From: Harriotta raleighana
Taxonomy: Eukaryota
Direction: 5' to 3'
Assembly (NCBI GenBank): GCA_050575255.1
Contig: JBNZDD010013730.1
Location: 5,696,015 to 5,760,014, forward strand
DNA length: 64,000 bases
Shown here piece after piece: positions 12,287-24,029 of the stretch. Position numbers and translations under genes: made by a program. Numbering within the stretch: position 1 is the first letter of the stretch; each line of letters opens with the position of its first letter. The notes under the pieces were generated by a model. The model was not told where the DNA came from and ran no database searches. It worked only from the letters and a program-made list of their open reading frames with translations.

Positions 12287-12484
12287 AAATACCTGCAGAT
12301 GCTGGAAATCTGAAACAAACACAGAAATTACTGGGAATAACCAGCAGGTCAGGCAGCATCTATGGAGAAAGGAAAAGGTGAGTCAGCGTTTCGGGTCCAT
12401 GACTCTTCATCAGAACTTTTCCTTTCTCTGTAGATGCTGTCTGACCTGCTGGCTGTTCCCAGCGATCTCTGTTTTTGTCTTAGA
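12287..12484. mobile_element. Penelope-type fold-back element: 57-bp inverted arms around a hammerhead-like loop
   Basis: Arms 12321-12377 and 12416-12472 are reverse complements (49/57 identical); the intervening sequence on the minus strand has CTGATGA...GAAAC. Confidence 0.75.
12381..12417 (-). ncRNA. Minimal type-I hammerhead ribozyme-like motif (core mutated)
   Basis: Minus strand AGTT-CTGATGA-A-GAGTC-ATG-GACCC-GAAA-CG-CT-GACT: CUGANGA and GAAA boxes, stem II, 4-bp stem I; the U16.1 position is C. Confidence 0.55.
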
Positions 12485-12539
12485 ACTGTACCCTCGCTCA
12501 CATTCCTCTTAACCCTCTTCCCCTTCTCACTTGCTCAGC

Positions 12540-12600
12540 ATTGTGAAGCGCTCTGAGACGTTACCCCAAGGGAAGGGTACAATATAAACACAAGTTGTCG
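12540..12600 (+). mobile_element. L2 3' tail
   Basis: TGTGAAGCGCTCTGAGACGTTACCCC...TACAATATAAACACAAGTTGTCG. Confidence 0.6.
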
Positions 12601-14175
12601 TATTTAACACCCCTCTGTCAATAGAAGGTAGGTGCAGAAGGCCTCGACCCCTGTATCCATAGCATCACCAAGGGTACTTTTGGACCCTTTTCATGTTTGC
12701 TAGCGTGACATGGTGTTAGGGAATCTGCTCAGTTTACCTTGCAGCACAGACTTCAGGGCAACAGATTTGTTTGACAGCCATGGTTTATGACTTTCTCCAA
12801 AGGTAATGAGCATTAACCCCCCACCCCCCTCTTCCATTCGCCAGCGTGCGAATCCTGCTAGAAAGCCTGAGTGTTTGTATCATGTTCATCTGATGTACTC
12901 GCATGTGTGTTTTGTGTGCATCTGTACACGTGGATGTGCTTTGCACGTGTGTCGACACGGATGCCCTCCACGGTTGAATAATCTGCTCCTTTTATTGCAG
13001 TGAGTAGATGTGATGTGAATAGACAAAAGCCAGACTATTAGAAAATAGTGATTCCTCTGCTGAATGCTAATAATAACATATTTTTCAAGGTAGAACATGT
13101 AACTGCTTTGTCTCCAAAAAATGAACCATTCCCAGTAGGGGGTAATATCAGTGAAGCATGCCATTATATTTTGCATAGCCTTAGAATGAAGGTCAGGCTT
13201 TTTCTACATACTTCCAACAACAAGGGCTGCCTAATTAACCCTCAACAGTTAAGAATGACTTATTGCTGATTATCACACATTCTGTACCAGGTAAAGACAG
13301 CTACCTGGGGAAATGATGAGACTGATTAAGTAAATTCCAGTGAAATTGTCTTACCAAGCATTATTCAGGTCCCAAGTGTTAATTTATCCTGCAGAGGGAG
13401 ATATAAGTAATTACGTATAAGAACCTGCAGCTCTATTAAGTTGCTACAAATAATGCACTCATGACAGGGACATAAGTTGTATAAAACGGGTTTCTATATT
13501 ATCAATTCAGTCGAGGGGCATTCAATGGGGATGTGAATCTGAACACGCCCTTGTTTTCGTTGTCCTAAGATTGTACATTGGTTTCACAACATTCACCGCA
13601 GCATTCGGAATACTGCAAGCGAAATTAAATCTCCAATATACTTGTGACAGTTTTATGAGAAATATAGCAAAGTGGAAGCCGCTAACAGAACAGCACTGAA
13701 CTAATACACCAGAGCAGATCCTTCAAAGGGAATTATACAGAAGATGCTGAAGTAACACAGGCACAAAGCATAAATGAAAACAAAATTTAGAAATGGAGAG
13801 GTTTGCCCAGGTGTCAAACAATTGTCAGGGGATTATTAAACAAACCCAAACTATAGTATAGGGGCATCTACCACAAAATGGGGAATAAACTGGAAACAGA
13901 TTAAAGTACTAGATGGAGCCATCAACACACACATCGCTTGCATATAAATGCTTGCAAATAATTGGAACGGGGAACTGTTCCATTCCCAGCACTGAGATCT
14001 CTCCCTTTCCTTCTCCCACAAAATAAGCAACAAAATACAGGACAAAGCCAAAAGTGAAGTCGGGAAGAGATCAGAACGATCTTGTTGCAGCACTTGTTTA
14101 TAACGCTTTCAACTCAACTCTTTTCTCCGAGTCCCCGCTGGTCCATTTCATAGCGCAGTGTCTGCAGTTACTCAC

Positions 14176-14282
14176 CAGATCTAAGGCACATCGCAATGGA
14201 TGCAATTTCTCTTCAGCTCCGTGCAAACCCAACCTCCTGAACCAACGCTGCTGCCATGCACATGCAACATTGCTGTTTTATA
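14176..14282 (-). promoter_or_regulatory. Candidate TATA promoter and short first exon (ATG TGC CTT AGA TCT G|gtgagta)
   Basis: TATAAAA at 14282-14276 on the minus strand and a strong donor G|GTGAGTA about 100 nt downstream; repeat-free context; no transcript evidence. Confidence 0.3.
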
Positions 14283-14898
14283 TTAGGATGTGTTAATTTA
14301 ATAATTCTGACGCAATGTCACATTCAGATCATCCCATAATTATGTTTTCATGTGTGAAAGCGTGCTCCTATCGATCCCTTATGATTCCATAGAACCCAAT
14401 TGGGCTTCGGCAGATTCTGTAGTTGTCTGAGGTAAGCAGTCCCATTTACATTCATAGGATACCTGTTAAAAATGCGATCTCCAGCCAAGAATTGATGAGG
14501 CAGCAGAACACGATCACTGGGGTTTACACTCCACGTCTTCGCACAAGTCTTCTAAAATATTGATCTGGCAGCAGCAGAAAGCTCAGAGAGCAGACAAGCC
14601 TTTTCATTGCAAAGGATGACAACGGTCCTCAGATATTAAGTTCAAAAAACACAGGATTTTAAGTAATAATCAAGAAAATAAGAAACTTGGAAATAAGAAT
14701 GACTCCTCTTCTGTTTGGGTGGTGTGGTAGCAACAAATGTTGTTCTAACAAGCATTGGGACAGAAACAAGAACTCGGGGACTGAATCATCCTCTCTCCTA
14801 GTCTCAGTCACATGAGTTAAAAGGTACTGCAGCTAGTACTGTAAAAAGCTGTTTATTACTGTATTATGAATCATATTATTATTCATCATGATTATTTT

Positions 14899-14959
14899 CT
14901 CAAATAATATTAACGCTTTTGAACAAAAGTTTTCTTCAAAAGCGTTAATATTATTTGAG
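14899..14959. repeat. Perfect 25-bp inverted repeat with 11-nt loop
   Basis: CTCAAATAATATTAACGCTTTTGAA-caaaagttttc-TTCAAAAGCGTTAATATTATTTGAG. Confidence 0.95.
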
Positions 14960-15944
14960 CAAAAGGAAAACTGGCTTCAAAATTGAGTAAGTTTCCACAA
15001 AATTCTGAATGAATTTGAACTTTAAAACTATAGGGACATATCCAAACAATGCATCAACACTTTCAGAAAACTGGAGAATGGAAGAGAAATGGTGAAGATG
15101 AAGAAATGTTCCTTCAACAGAACAACGCTGAACCGTAAAGTTAAAACTTGAAGCAGCCTATTTCGGTGGATATGTATCTCAACACCCGAACAGCAAGTAT
15201 ATATTTCATCGTAATCCTTTATATCCAAGATTGACCAAATATCTCTACACCTCTATAGTTTGAGTTACATTGAATTGTAACATTCAGCATTAAGTTTCAA
15301 TACATTTGCCTTGCCAAAAAACTGTATAACACTGTCAGTCATAAGTGAAAAAAAATTTCAAACCAACCTCATTTTCTCCTGAAAAGACGAAATCCCATTA
15401 GTAAAATACGTATGCTATCTGACACCAGCAGTTTGGCTCTGTTGTGCCAGGTATCTGCAAAAGGTGTCATCCGCATCTGCCAATCCCTCATGGAATTATT
15501 GACATGATTACACTGCTTTTTTCATTCTGCACGGATATTCAGAGTGTACATACCAGCAGTGACAATCCTTCCCCAAACTCATTTGAAAATTCATGACATA
15601 AAAGGTCAGGCCTCATAACACACAAACTGAATCCCTTAAAACAATCTGGTTACATACATTCAAGATCAAGCATATTTTCACAGGCAAGTGACCTTTTCCA
15701 GACCACATAGCTCTAAGGTATCCTGGTGTATAATTAAAAGAAAGCTAACTGACAATCTTTCACTGTTTCGCCTGGCTATAGCAGCAAACTGCAACAGCCA
15801 GACACATTTAATCTATTGTTCTCTCAATAGGTTTGCGTTAAAAGTAACACAGGATGAAGTTTTAAAAAAACATATAATACAACACAAATGTGAAGAATGA
15901 AGGCTATTTTAAGGTAATAGTANAGCAGAGGTCAGCAAATGCAT

Positions 15945-16068
15945 AATCCTTGCATTTGATATAGTGTCTTATCACATCTTTGAGACATCTCCAAGCGCTT
16001 CACAGAATACACTATAATGGAACGTGAATTGACTATATATTTTGTGGGTGAAACGGTATGGCCAATTG
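15945..16068 (-). mobile_element. SINE 3' tail fragment, (ATT)n subfamily
   Basis: ATAATCCTTGCATTTGATATAGTGTCTTATCACATCTTTGAGACATCTCCAAGCGCTTCACAG. Confidence 0.7.
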
Positions 16069-16074
16069 CTTATT

Positions 16075-16345
16075 GAAGCTGGAACTGAGGCCATTTTGAC
16101 CATGAAGACCCCGGATCTAAATTTCACTGCGTACTGAGTTGGTAAATCTTATTTGGGGGTCCCGAAATTGGATTCAGTGCCCAAGAGCCCTGGACAAGGG
16201 AGAAATAAGTATTAGAACTTCTGCTCCTGGTCAGTAACCAGTGAGTACCAGTGATTACTGGTTACTGGAAATTGCAGAAGTTGAGTGAGGAGAGGATAGA
16301 CTTAATTGAAATTGACTGCCTCACTCACACAGAATGAACATGTGG
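16075..16345 (+). mobile_element. AmnSINE2-like SINE, degraded
   Basis: GACCATGAAGACCCCGGATCTAAAT...TACTGAGTTGG...AATTGGATTCAGTGCCC...CTGCTCCTGGTC...CTGGAAA...GTGAGGAGAGGATAG. Confidence 0.55.
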
Positions 16346-16534
16346 GAGAGGCACCTACAAAACTGTGTTGGCAACTACAAAACTGTGCCAAGGTAGCTTT
16401 TAGGGGAAAAAATAACTGTTCATTGTAAGGGAACAGAGTTAAGGGAGGGGGAAAAAGAGAGAGAGAAGGAGCAAGCTTTAAACTCTTTAGTTTAAAATAT
16501 CTTAACTGAACATAAGTTGCAGAGTCTGACACCA

Positions 16535-17390
16535 AGCCAGAGAGAGGGGGAAGCGAGAGGTGAACATAAACACAATCAAAAAAGGTAGGTCTTTAGGTGA
16601 GATTTGAAAGATTGGAGGGAGACGGCAGGGCGGAGGGATTGAGGGAGAGAGTTCCAGAGTTTTGGTGTGCAGAAGGCACGGCTACTGATAGTGCAGCAGA
16701 GAGGATGAAGGACAAAGAGGAGGCCAGAGCGAGGGCATGAAAGGATTTGAAAACAAGTGAGAGAATCTTCAAATCGATTTGTTTGGTAACCGGGAGCCAA
16801 TCTAGCTTGACAAGGACTGGTGTGACGGGGGTACAGAGGTTTTTGTGTTGTTTGGTGTTGGGACTGAGGAGACCAGAGAGGAAGGCATTGTAATAACAAT
16901 AACAATAATAATCCTTGCATTTGATGTAGCACTTTTCATGTCTTCTAGACCTCTCAAAGCACTTCCAACAAATATTTTGTACAGTGAATTAACTGTATAT
17001 TTGTGGAACAAATGCGGCAGCCAATTGCGCACAGCAGTGTCCCACAAACAGTCTTGGATTGAGTGACCATTATTGTTTTTTTTGAGGGATTATTATTAGG
17101 CATGTGGAGTAAGGAAACTTGACCAAGGTTTTGTCCTGCCTGGATTTGAACCCAGGTCACTACTNACCAAGGTTTTGTCCTGCCTGGATTTGAACCCGCT
17201 TGCAAGTTGAGTGCTCTAAGCACTGAGCTATAGGACTCCTAAATAGCACAGCTGAATAGTTCAGCTGGGAAGTAACAAAAGTGGGGACGATGGTTTCTAC
17301 TGCATTGGTTGTGAGGTACGGAAGGAGGCGGATAATGTGACGGATGTGGAAAAGAACGGTCCCGGTCAGGGAACGGATGTGGAAAACTTA
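16535..17390 (-). mobile_element. LINE-2 ORF2 C-terminal remnant interrupted by a SINE
   Basis: ORF 16576-16932 ends SRAFCTPKLWNSLPQSLRPAVSLQSFKSHLKTYLF (L2 C-terminus); 17280-17390 encodes HIRSLTGTVLFHIRHIIRLLPYLTTNAVETIV-like L2 sequence. Confidence 0.8.
16891..17232 (-). mobile_element. tRNA-derived SINE (Deu-like 3' part, L2-type (ATT/GTT)n tail)
   Basis: Minus-strand head TAGCTCAGTGCTTAGAGCACTC...GGGTTCAAATCC (A and B boxes); TTTGTGGGACACTGCTGTGCGCAATTGGCTGCCGC; tail ends in TTATTATTGTTATTG. Confidence 0.75.
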
Positions 17391-19567
17391 TTTATAAAAC
17401 AATAAAAAGGAAGTACGGCATTATAAAGATCCGAGAGATAGCTGAATCCTCAAATCTCTATCAGTGCATCAGACTTTAAAATGATAATCATGTTGAAAAT
17501 AAAATCTACCAAGCTCAGTTTAAAGACTTACTTCATGAAATATGCAATTGGAAAGAATTAACTTTTGAAACACAATAATCATTCCGGAAAAAAGGTTGCA
17601 TATTTTGTATCGATTGCATCAGAACGCCTTAAAAAGGGTAAAGGGCAAAATAATAATAACATGGTGTCCGATATGGTGCAGTGAGAGAAATGAAAAGTGT
17701 GGCAATGATCCAAGTTCAAATAACATTGACTGTTGTTTGCCATTAGCCTTGAATGTAGGTTTAGAAATTTGTTTTCCTTTAAAACGCTGCCCGGGAAAGA
17801 ATTCACCGATCTTCAAAGAATTGTGGACAATACTTGGCTCACAAACATCTTTAGCAAAGACAACGGACAAATACCCGCATGGTATGACGCCACCTTTGGC
17901 GTTCCCCAATCCCTAGGAAAAAAAAAGCTTGACAAGGCTTTCTCGCATAGGTCACATAACTTATGTTTCCAGATTGATGCAGCAACACACATTTTGAACA
18001 TGCTGTCAAGCCGTTCTGCACAGCCAGATAGCCAGGCTGAAAATTAATTCTGCTTAGAGTTTTGAAAGGCCAAAGTGACTGAGCAGGGGTGATTTGTAAA
18101 GCTACATGTAAGAAGATGTGAGCAAAGATAGCAGATGAGTACACGAAGGAAATTAACTCTGAATTCTCACCTCTGAGCTCCCACGTAAAGTATGGTCATT
18201 TTGCAAAGGTTGAAGACTACCCTACGCGCACCTCTGCGATAGCAACACATAATGAGCCATCTTCTCGGGGAAAAGAGAGGAGAAAATCGGAGGAAGGGTT
18301 TTGCCTCGTCGATATCTCTAGTGTGTCATTATACGAACAAGAGCATAACCAGTAAGGACCAATAGTTCAATGTGGTTCTGCATTACTGAAATCACCAAAG
18401 TTAACTCCATCAGAACACACTCACAATTTTCATTTACAACAGCTGAATTACATTGGCGGTCGCCGTACAACAGTGACTTACTCACAATAAGAGTAAACGA
18501 GAGAACGTGAAGGGGACAAAAAGAGACAAATGGAACTAAAGGCATTGCCAATTTTTTGTCGTGCAATTAAAATAATGCATTCTTTTTGTAGGGCCAGGCC
18601 AATATTACAACAATTAAACAATACTTCTGACATTTTAATAGAACAGTCACTGCAATGATATGTTGGTCTCAACAACTCAGTACGTATGCTGAAGAAGAAG
18701 TATATAACCAAACCAATTGGGCTCAGCACAATTTAAACTTTCCTGGACCTGCTTGCTCTATCATTCCCTTCATTTCAAGTGTTTTGAATCCTATGTCATC
18801 CCCAGCCGCAAAAAATGTTGAGCCATTCCCAAGTCGTCAATACATCCCAGACCCAGGATCATACCGACCTAGAGGAGAAGCATCATTCGATCCCTGTGAG
18901 CAAAATATTATCACAAGCACCTTCATTGCATGCCACAGAATGCTGTTACCCGAATTGAAAATTCATCTTCTTAATCCTGGCTTCTTTTTCTTAAATTAGA
19001 ATATATTCCTTTGCCATTGCTTCCTCGGACTAACTCGGCCTTTGATCCGAGTTGGGGACTGCATGGTTTGTTGCAGGCAAACTCACACTCTGTACAGTGA
19101 CTGCAGCTACTCTACTTTCAAATAATGCTCTGTTCCCTCCGATTCTTTCAATAATTCTTTGTTAAAAAGAAATCATTCAAGTTGCGTTGCAGGAATTGTT
19201 CTCAGAAGTAGGGTTGAGTTTGCAACCTGCGGGGCAGTTTCAGGTCAACCTCAAACCTGAAGCGATAGGCAACACATTTTCTATTTGGGGCTAGACATGT
19301 TATCTGTAAGGTACTATTTTGAATTTGTATAGAATGCAGTGATTGTATGTATGTTGGCTAGAATTAATGCTCCCATTTGGAAGACGTCTACCTCAGGCGA
19401 TCTTTCCCACGTATCCTTAATGCTGCTCCTCAGTAGTCCAGTAGGAGGAGCGCTTAAACTTATGTGGGAAGGAGCCAATGCGCAAAAATGCTCCAGTGAT
19501 ATAATTTGGCCCATGATCCTGAAAGGAAATCCCCATTGCATGGATAACACATAACATTTGGGACCTG

Positions 19568-19569
<2 letters not shown>

Positions 19570-19600
<31 letters not shown>
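19570..19600. repeat. (TG)n microsatellite
   Basis: About 15 TG units. Confidence 0.95.
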
Positions 19601-19603
<3 letters not shown>

Positions 19604-20669
19604 TGTACTGGAGCTGTCATTACAAGTCCATTTTAGCTATTGGGAAACTTTTTAAAAGCCAACCAACATTTGATCATATCCTGTGTGTGTGTGAGGGGGT
19701 GGGGAGGAGAAGCTAGGGTGAGGGTAAGGAAATCAAACATTTTTTAAATCAGCCCACAGAGGCTTGAAATACTACAACATAAAGCCTAACCATTCGAACC
19801 GGAGATATCAAATCTCAAGATGAATAATAAAGTTTGATTCCCTCAGCCTCTCTCTTCCCCCCATTTAATGGCAATTCAATTCTGTTCATTTGGGCTCGTG
19901 AGTCCTTGGTGCTTATTTAAATTCTATTTTCAATTTAAAATTTAAATTTACATTTGCACAGTAGTTCTTCAAAAATATAAGCAGGGTTATTGTTATTTCC
20001 AAGCACGTAGAGACAAAGTTAGTGAACTTAGCGATGGAGCAGAATAGTGCATTAATTCCCCTTCAATAAACAACAACAACAAAATTACATTTATAGAATG
20101 AACTTGGGTGTATGCAGCAGAAGAGGCTTCGACATTTTAAAAGGAGCTAGACTGGTCGACGTGATTTCATTCCTCACACCTTAACATCAGCTTCAGTCAG
20201 TTCAGGAGAGAACACTCTCTTTCTTCCACTGTAAAGAGGCAACAAATTACAGTCTGCCACATTAAATCTGTCTCAGCCTCAGAGAGTGGTGAGGTTACCA
20301 GAAATTCCAGGATTTCTGTGATAAATTGGCAAGTCTGGAAATGATCAGGATAACGTGGTAATATTTACTGTAATCATCGGGTTAATAATGTAACTAGAGT
20401 ATTAATGTTGCACTCTGCAAAGAATTCTTGGCTATCACATATTCTTTGTTTTTTTTTAACTACATATAAAGGTGTTCATTTCTAAACCGTTCACATATAA
20501 TTCAGGGACATTGGCAATGTCATAATACTAACTTGCCTCTTGTAGATACAGTTAGCAGTGCTGATTCTGCTGTTTTCTCCCAAGTATTTCAGTTCTTCGC
20601 TAGTCTGGTCAAAGCTGTCAGGCACTGAGTGAGAAGGAGTCAAATTGTGGCAACAACTCGTCACTGTTT

Positions 20670-20882
20670 ATTGCCTCACCCCTCCCTAGCCTCCTTCAAG
20701 ACCCACCTCAAGACCCTCTTCTTTGACGGTCCCATCGGTCAACGCAAATCTCCCTCTTTCCCTCCACCCTCCCTTTTTCCCCGACCCCAGCTCGTGTCTG
20801 AAACAATGACTAAGCAGCACCTTGGGATGTCCTCCTGATGTGAAAGCTGTTATACAAGTGTAATTTTGTTGTTATTGTTGTC
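20670..20882 (+). mobile_element. L2 3' end
   Basis: SLASFKTHLKTLFFD coding end, then CCCAGCTCGTGTCTGAAAC...CTTGGGATGTCCTCCTGATGTGAAAG...TAATTTTGTTGTTATTGTTG. Confidence 0.85.
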
Positions 20883-21709
20883 AACACACAAAAAGACAAC
20901 TTATTTAATGAAATCTTCTTGAATGATGAAACAGCACTGAACTCTTAACAAACTTTCACAAGCTCTGATTTATCTTTCGTTATTATTATTTTAGTCCAAA
21001 TATTCCATTGGTGAGGTCTGATGAATGTTGAATTTATATTGGCACTAGCTATGAAAATACGTTTATGATTTAAACCACAGGCACTTGTTGAGGAAGGAGT
21101 TTTCCATAGACACACTTAATGCCACACTTCTCAAGCACGCCTTTAGAAAACCTTCCTTCTTGGCAAATACTCATGTATTTAATACTTTATTTCCCTGGGC
21201 TAACACACAGGAGAAATTGAATATATCATCTGCCTTTTATGTGACATGTTGCAGAGGCAGACACCCCGTAAGGAAAAGTAGCTGGATTTCCTGGTTCTTG
21301 CTTACCTGAATCTCATTGAATCTCAGTCTCCAGAATGAAAAGATGTTGGGTTGGAGTAAGTGTTGTAAAGACACAAGATACATTAGGTCTGTTTTAAACA
21401 TTATTTTCCAGATCATTGCAACTGAAGAACCAGGAAAGCGGCTGGGAGCAAAAGTCGCCTGTTATTTCGGTAGCTGCAATCCCAAAAATATTTTTTCTAA
21501 AAATTTCTTTTTTTTAATGGAAAGTATAACATTTTTGTGCCAGATAAAGGCCAGATGTGTGATTCCACTTCTGATGGCAAGCAAGTATGCTCGATGGTGT
21601 ATTCAAACCCAATTAATATAATTTAACACCAACACTTAATCAAAAAATAAAAATGGTTTTCCAAACCAGATGTGGGATAATTGTATCCCTTTAAATCCTG
21701 CTGATAATC

Positions 21710-21772
21710 TAACGCCTTGGGACGTTCTCCTGACGTGAGAGGCGCTGTACAAGTATAATTTTGTTGTTGTAC
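21710..21772 (+). mobile_element. L2 3' tail
   Basis: CGCCTTGGGACGTTCTCCTGACGTGAGAGGCGCTGTACAAGTATAATTTTGTTGTTG. Confidence 0.75.
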
Positions 21773-22614
21773 AGTATTTTGTTGTATTCGCTGAATCATC
21801 CTAAACCATTGCATGGTCCCACACAACCATAACCACTGTCAGTTACATCAGGCTGAGGAACCAGAAATGTCTAAGTAAAAAGAATCTGTCCATTATCATC
21901 ACCGTGATGGCAAACAACCACACGTGGTTTGCTACAGCCTTCTCATAAACTTTCCATAATTGATCATACAAGACAATTCAGTACATTAGAAACAGCGTTG
22001 ACATCCTCAGCATCAAAATAATTTCATTATCTCACACATGACTTGCGCTGGGATGTACTTCACAACCTGCACTGCTGTCGACTCTGTCCAGTGGGCAAAT
22101 TTCAACAGATTACAAAATTCAGGCATAAACACGGGCTAATCTAGTCATTGATTTTATCCGAAAATCTCCACTAATTAGAGGACACAAAAAGCTGCCATAC
22201 AAAGATTTTGCTATTTAAGTAATATGAATGAAAAGAACACACCACCCATACTGCCTAAATGCCCCCAATTACATTATACTTTTGTTAGTTGTGCTCTGCC
22301 ATCCTGGGTGCTAAACTATTGCAAAGGGAGAGAGTGCAGATACCATTCCAATAATCATTTCTGGAACTTCCATGTTTCGGTGGGATACCTGGAACTCTCC
22401 GTTTGGCTGGAATACTTGTAAGCAAAGGCTCTTGCATGTGTCAGACACAGACACACGGCTGACCAAAAAGAACCTAATGCCAAAAGCAGAGGATAGTATG
22501 TGGCGGCTGAACACAATGTTGACATTCACCGTTGCAGTGAAGTTATGTCAACTATCGTCTGCAGTGTAAAGACAACCAAGACTGAACCCAAATAGCTTAA
22601 TGTTGTCCAGGTTG

Positions 22615-22637
22615 TATGTGTGTGTGTGTGTGTGTGT
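22615..22637. repeat. (TG)n microsatellite
   Basis: About 11 TG units. Confidence 0.9.
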
Positions 22638-24029
22638 TTGTGAACATAGGACATTATGCAGTGAAGGTCCAAAATATATGCAGCAGTTTAAATTAAAATA
22701 CATGCTGTAAATCTTCCTAAAAGATGTGTGCTTACTTGCTGAGACACCCAACAAATAGGAAAATACGCTCAAGTGCGCACAAGTCCTAGTTCCTGGGAGC
22801 TGTGATTTATTCCATACTGTTCAGCTGTGTTGCACCGCAACTGAAGTCATAAAATGCGGTAACAGGTGAATGTACTGTCAGAGGTCACCTCCCAATGCAG
22901 TGTAAAGGGACTTCCCTTTTAAATACCAATGCAAGGCATCCCAAGGGGCAATGACGACATCCAGAGAGAGAAAAAAAAAGTCAAATACTGTATTGTATAA
23001 GCCAAAAAAAGTAACAATGTTCGAACAAAGTTATTCTCCTTCAGTTTGTAAATGGCAAACTGCAGTTAAATGATACCATCAAACAAAGATGCTTTCTAGT
23101 TCCAAGGCCCACGTAGTTACATAGAGTCTCATTCCACAATGTTCCATGTTAATTCTCTCTGAACAAGTTACATGTACAGAACAAGGTACATGTAAGAGCA
23201 TAATGTCCATATTAATACATTCACCTATTGTTAGCTTTCCTCTGGCATCAGGCATTGGCTGCTCCTCATTTCCATGTAACTGTTGGCATTTGTCTATGTA
23301 CAGTATTAGTCATTGATCTAAATTAACATCTTCCCCTATAACACCTGGCTTCAGCCGTTTTGAACAAGAAAGAACATCAGAACAGGAGCAAGCTAATTTG
23401 GGTCAAATTGATCCCAAATGGACCCAACTTCCCATGTACACACGATCATGGGGATTTCTATCCCATAAATCAAATACAAGATGTAGCAGAGAACAAATTA
23501 ATGAAAACATAATCTCCAAGAGACTACAGCTATCTGGTGCTCTTGCCAATTTTGTAATCTGATGGCAAAACAGTTTTTCCGCTCTGATGAAATAGTACAG
23601 AAACAAGTGTAGAAAGGATTTCAAATATAATTTACAATGCATCTCATGCACAACTTCAGACCTATAATGTTGCGAAACTTAGTTTGGTATGTATTGAAAT
23701 TTATGTATAAACCAAAATATTATTCAATTAAAGGTGTCATTCACAGAAAATCGGGAACTAACTATATTTCTTAGAGCTGAACTGCAGTTTAATTTTCTTT
23801 GTTCTAACACTTACCCTGTATATTAAACTGCACTTTTCATGGCAAATGGTAATTTGCTGAAAAAAAGTATAAATCTGGTTTCAGCCGTGCCAAGATCAGT
23901 TTGAAGAGATGATTTTGATAGCACTTGGATTCACATTACTGCAATGTAAGTGTGAATGAAGCCCTATGCTATTCCCCAATGATCTATGCTTGCTTGGTTG
24001 AATGGATGGTGTTAAGCAGTATATAAATT

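Noticed and set aside
17122-17197. 32-bp duplication inside the SINE head
   Set aside because: Junction at N (17165); artefact.
17185-17232. tRNA-like A/B boxes
   Set aside because: SINE head; no complete cloverleaf, so not a tRNA gene.
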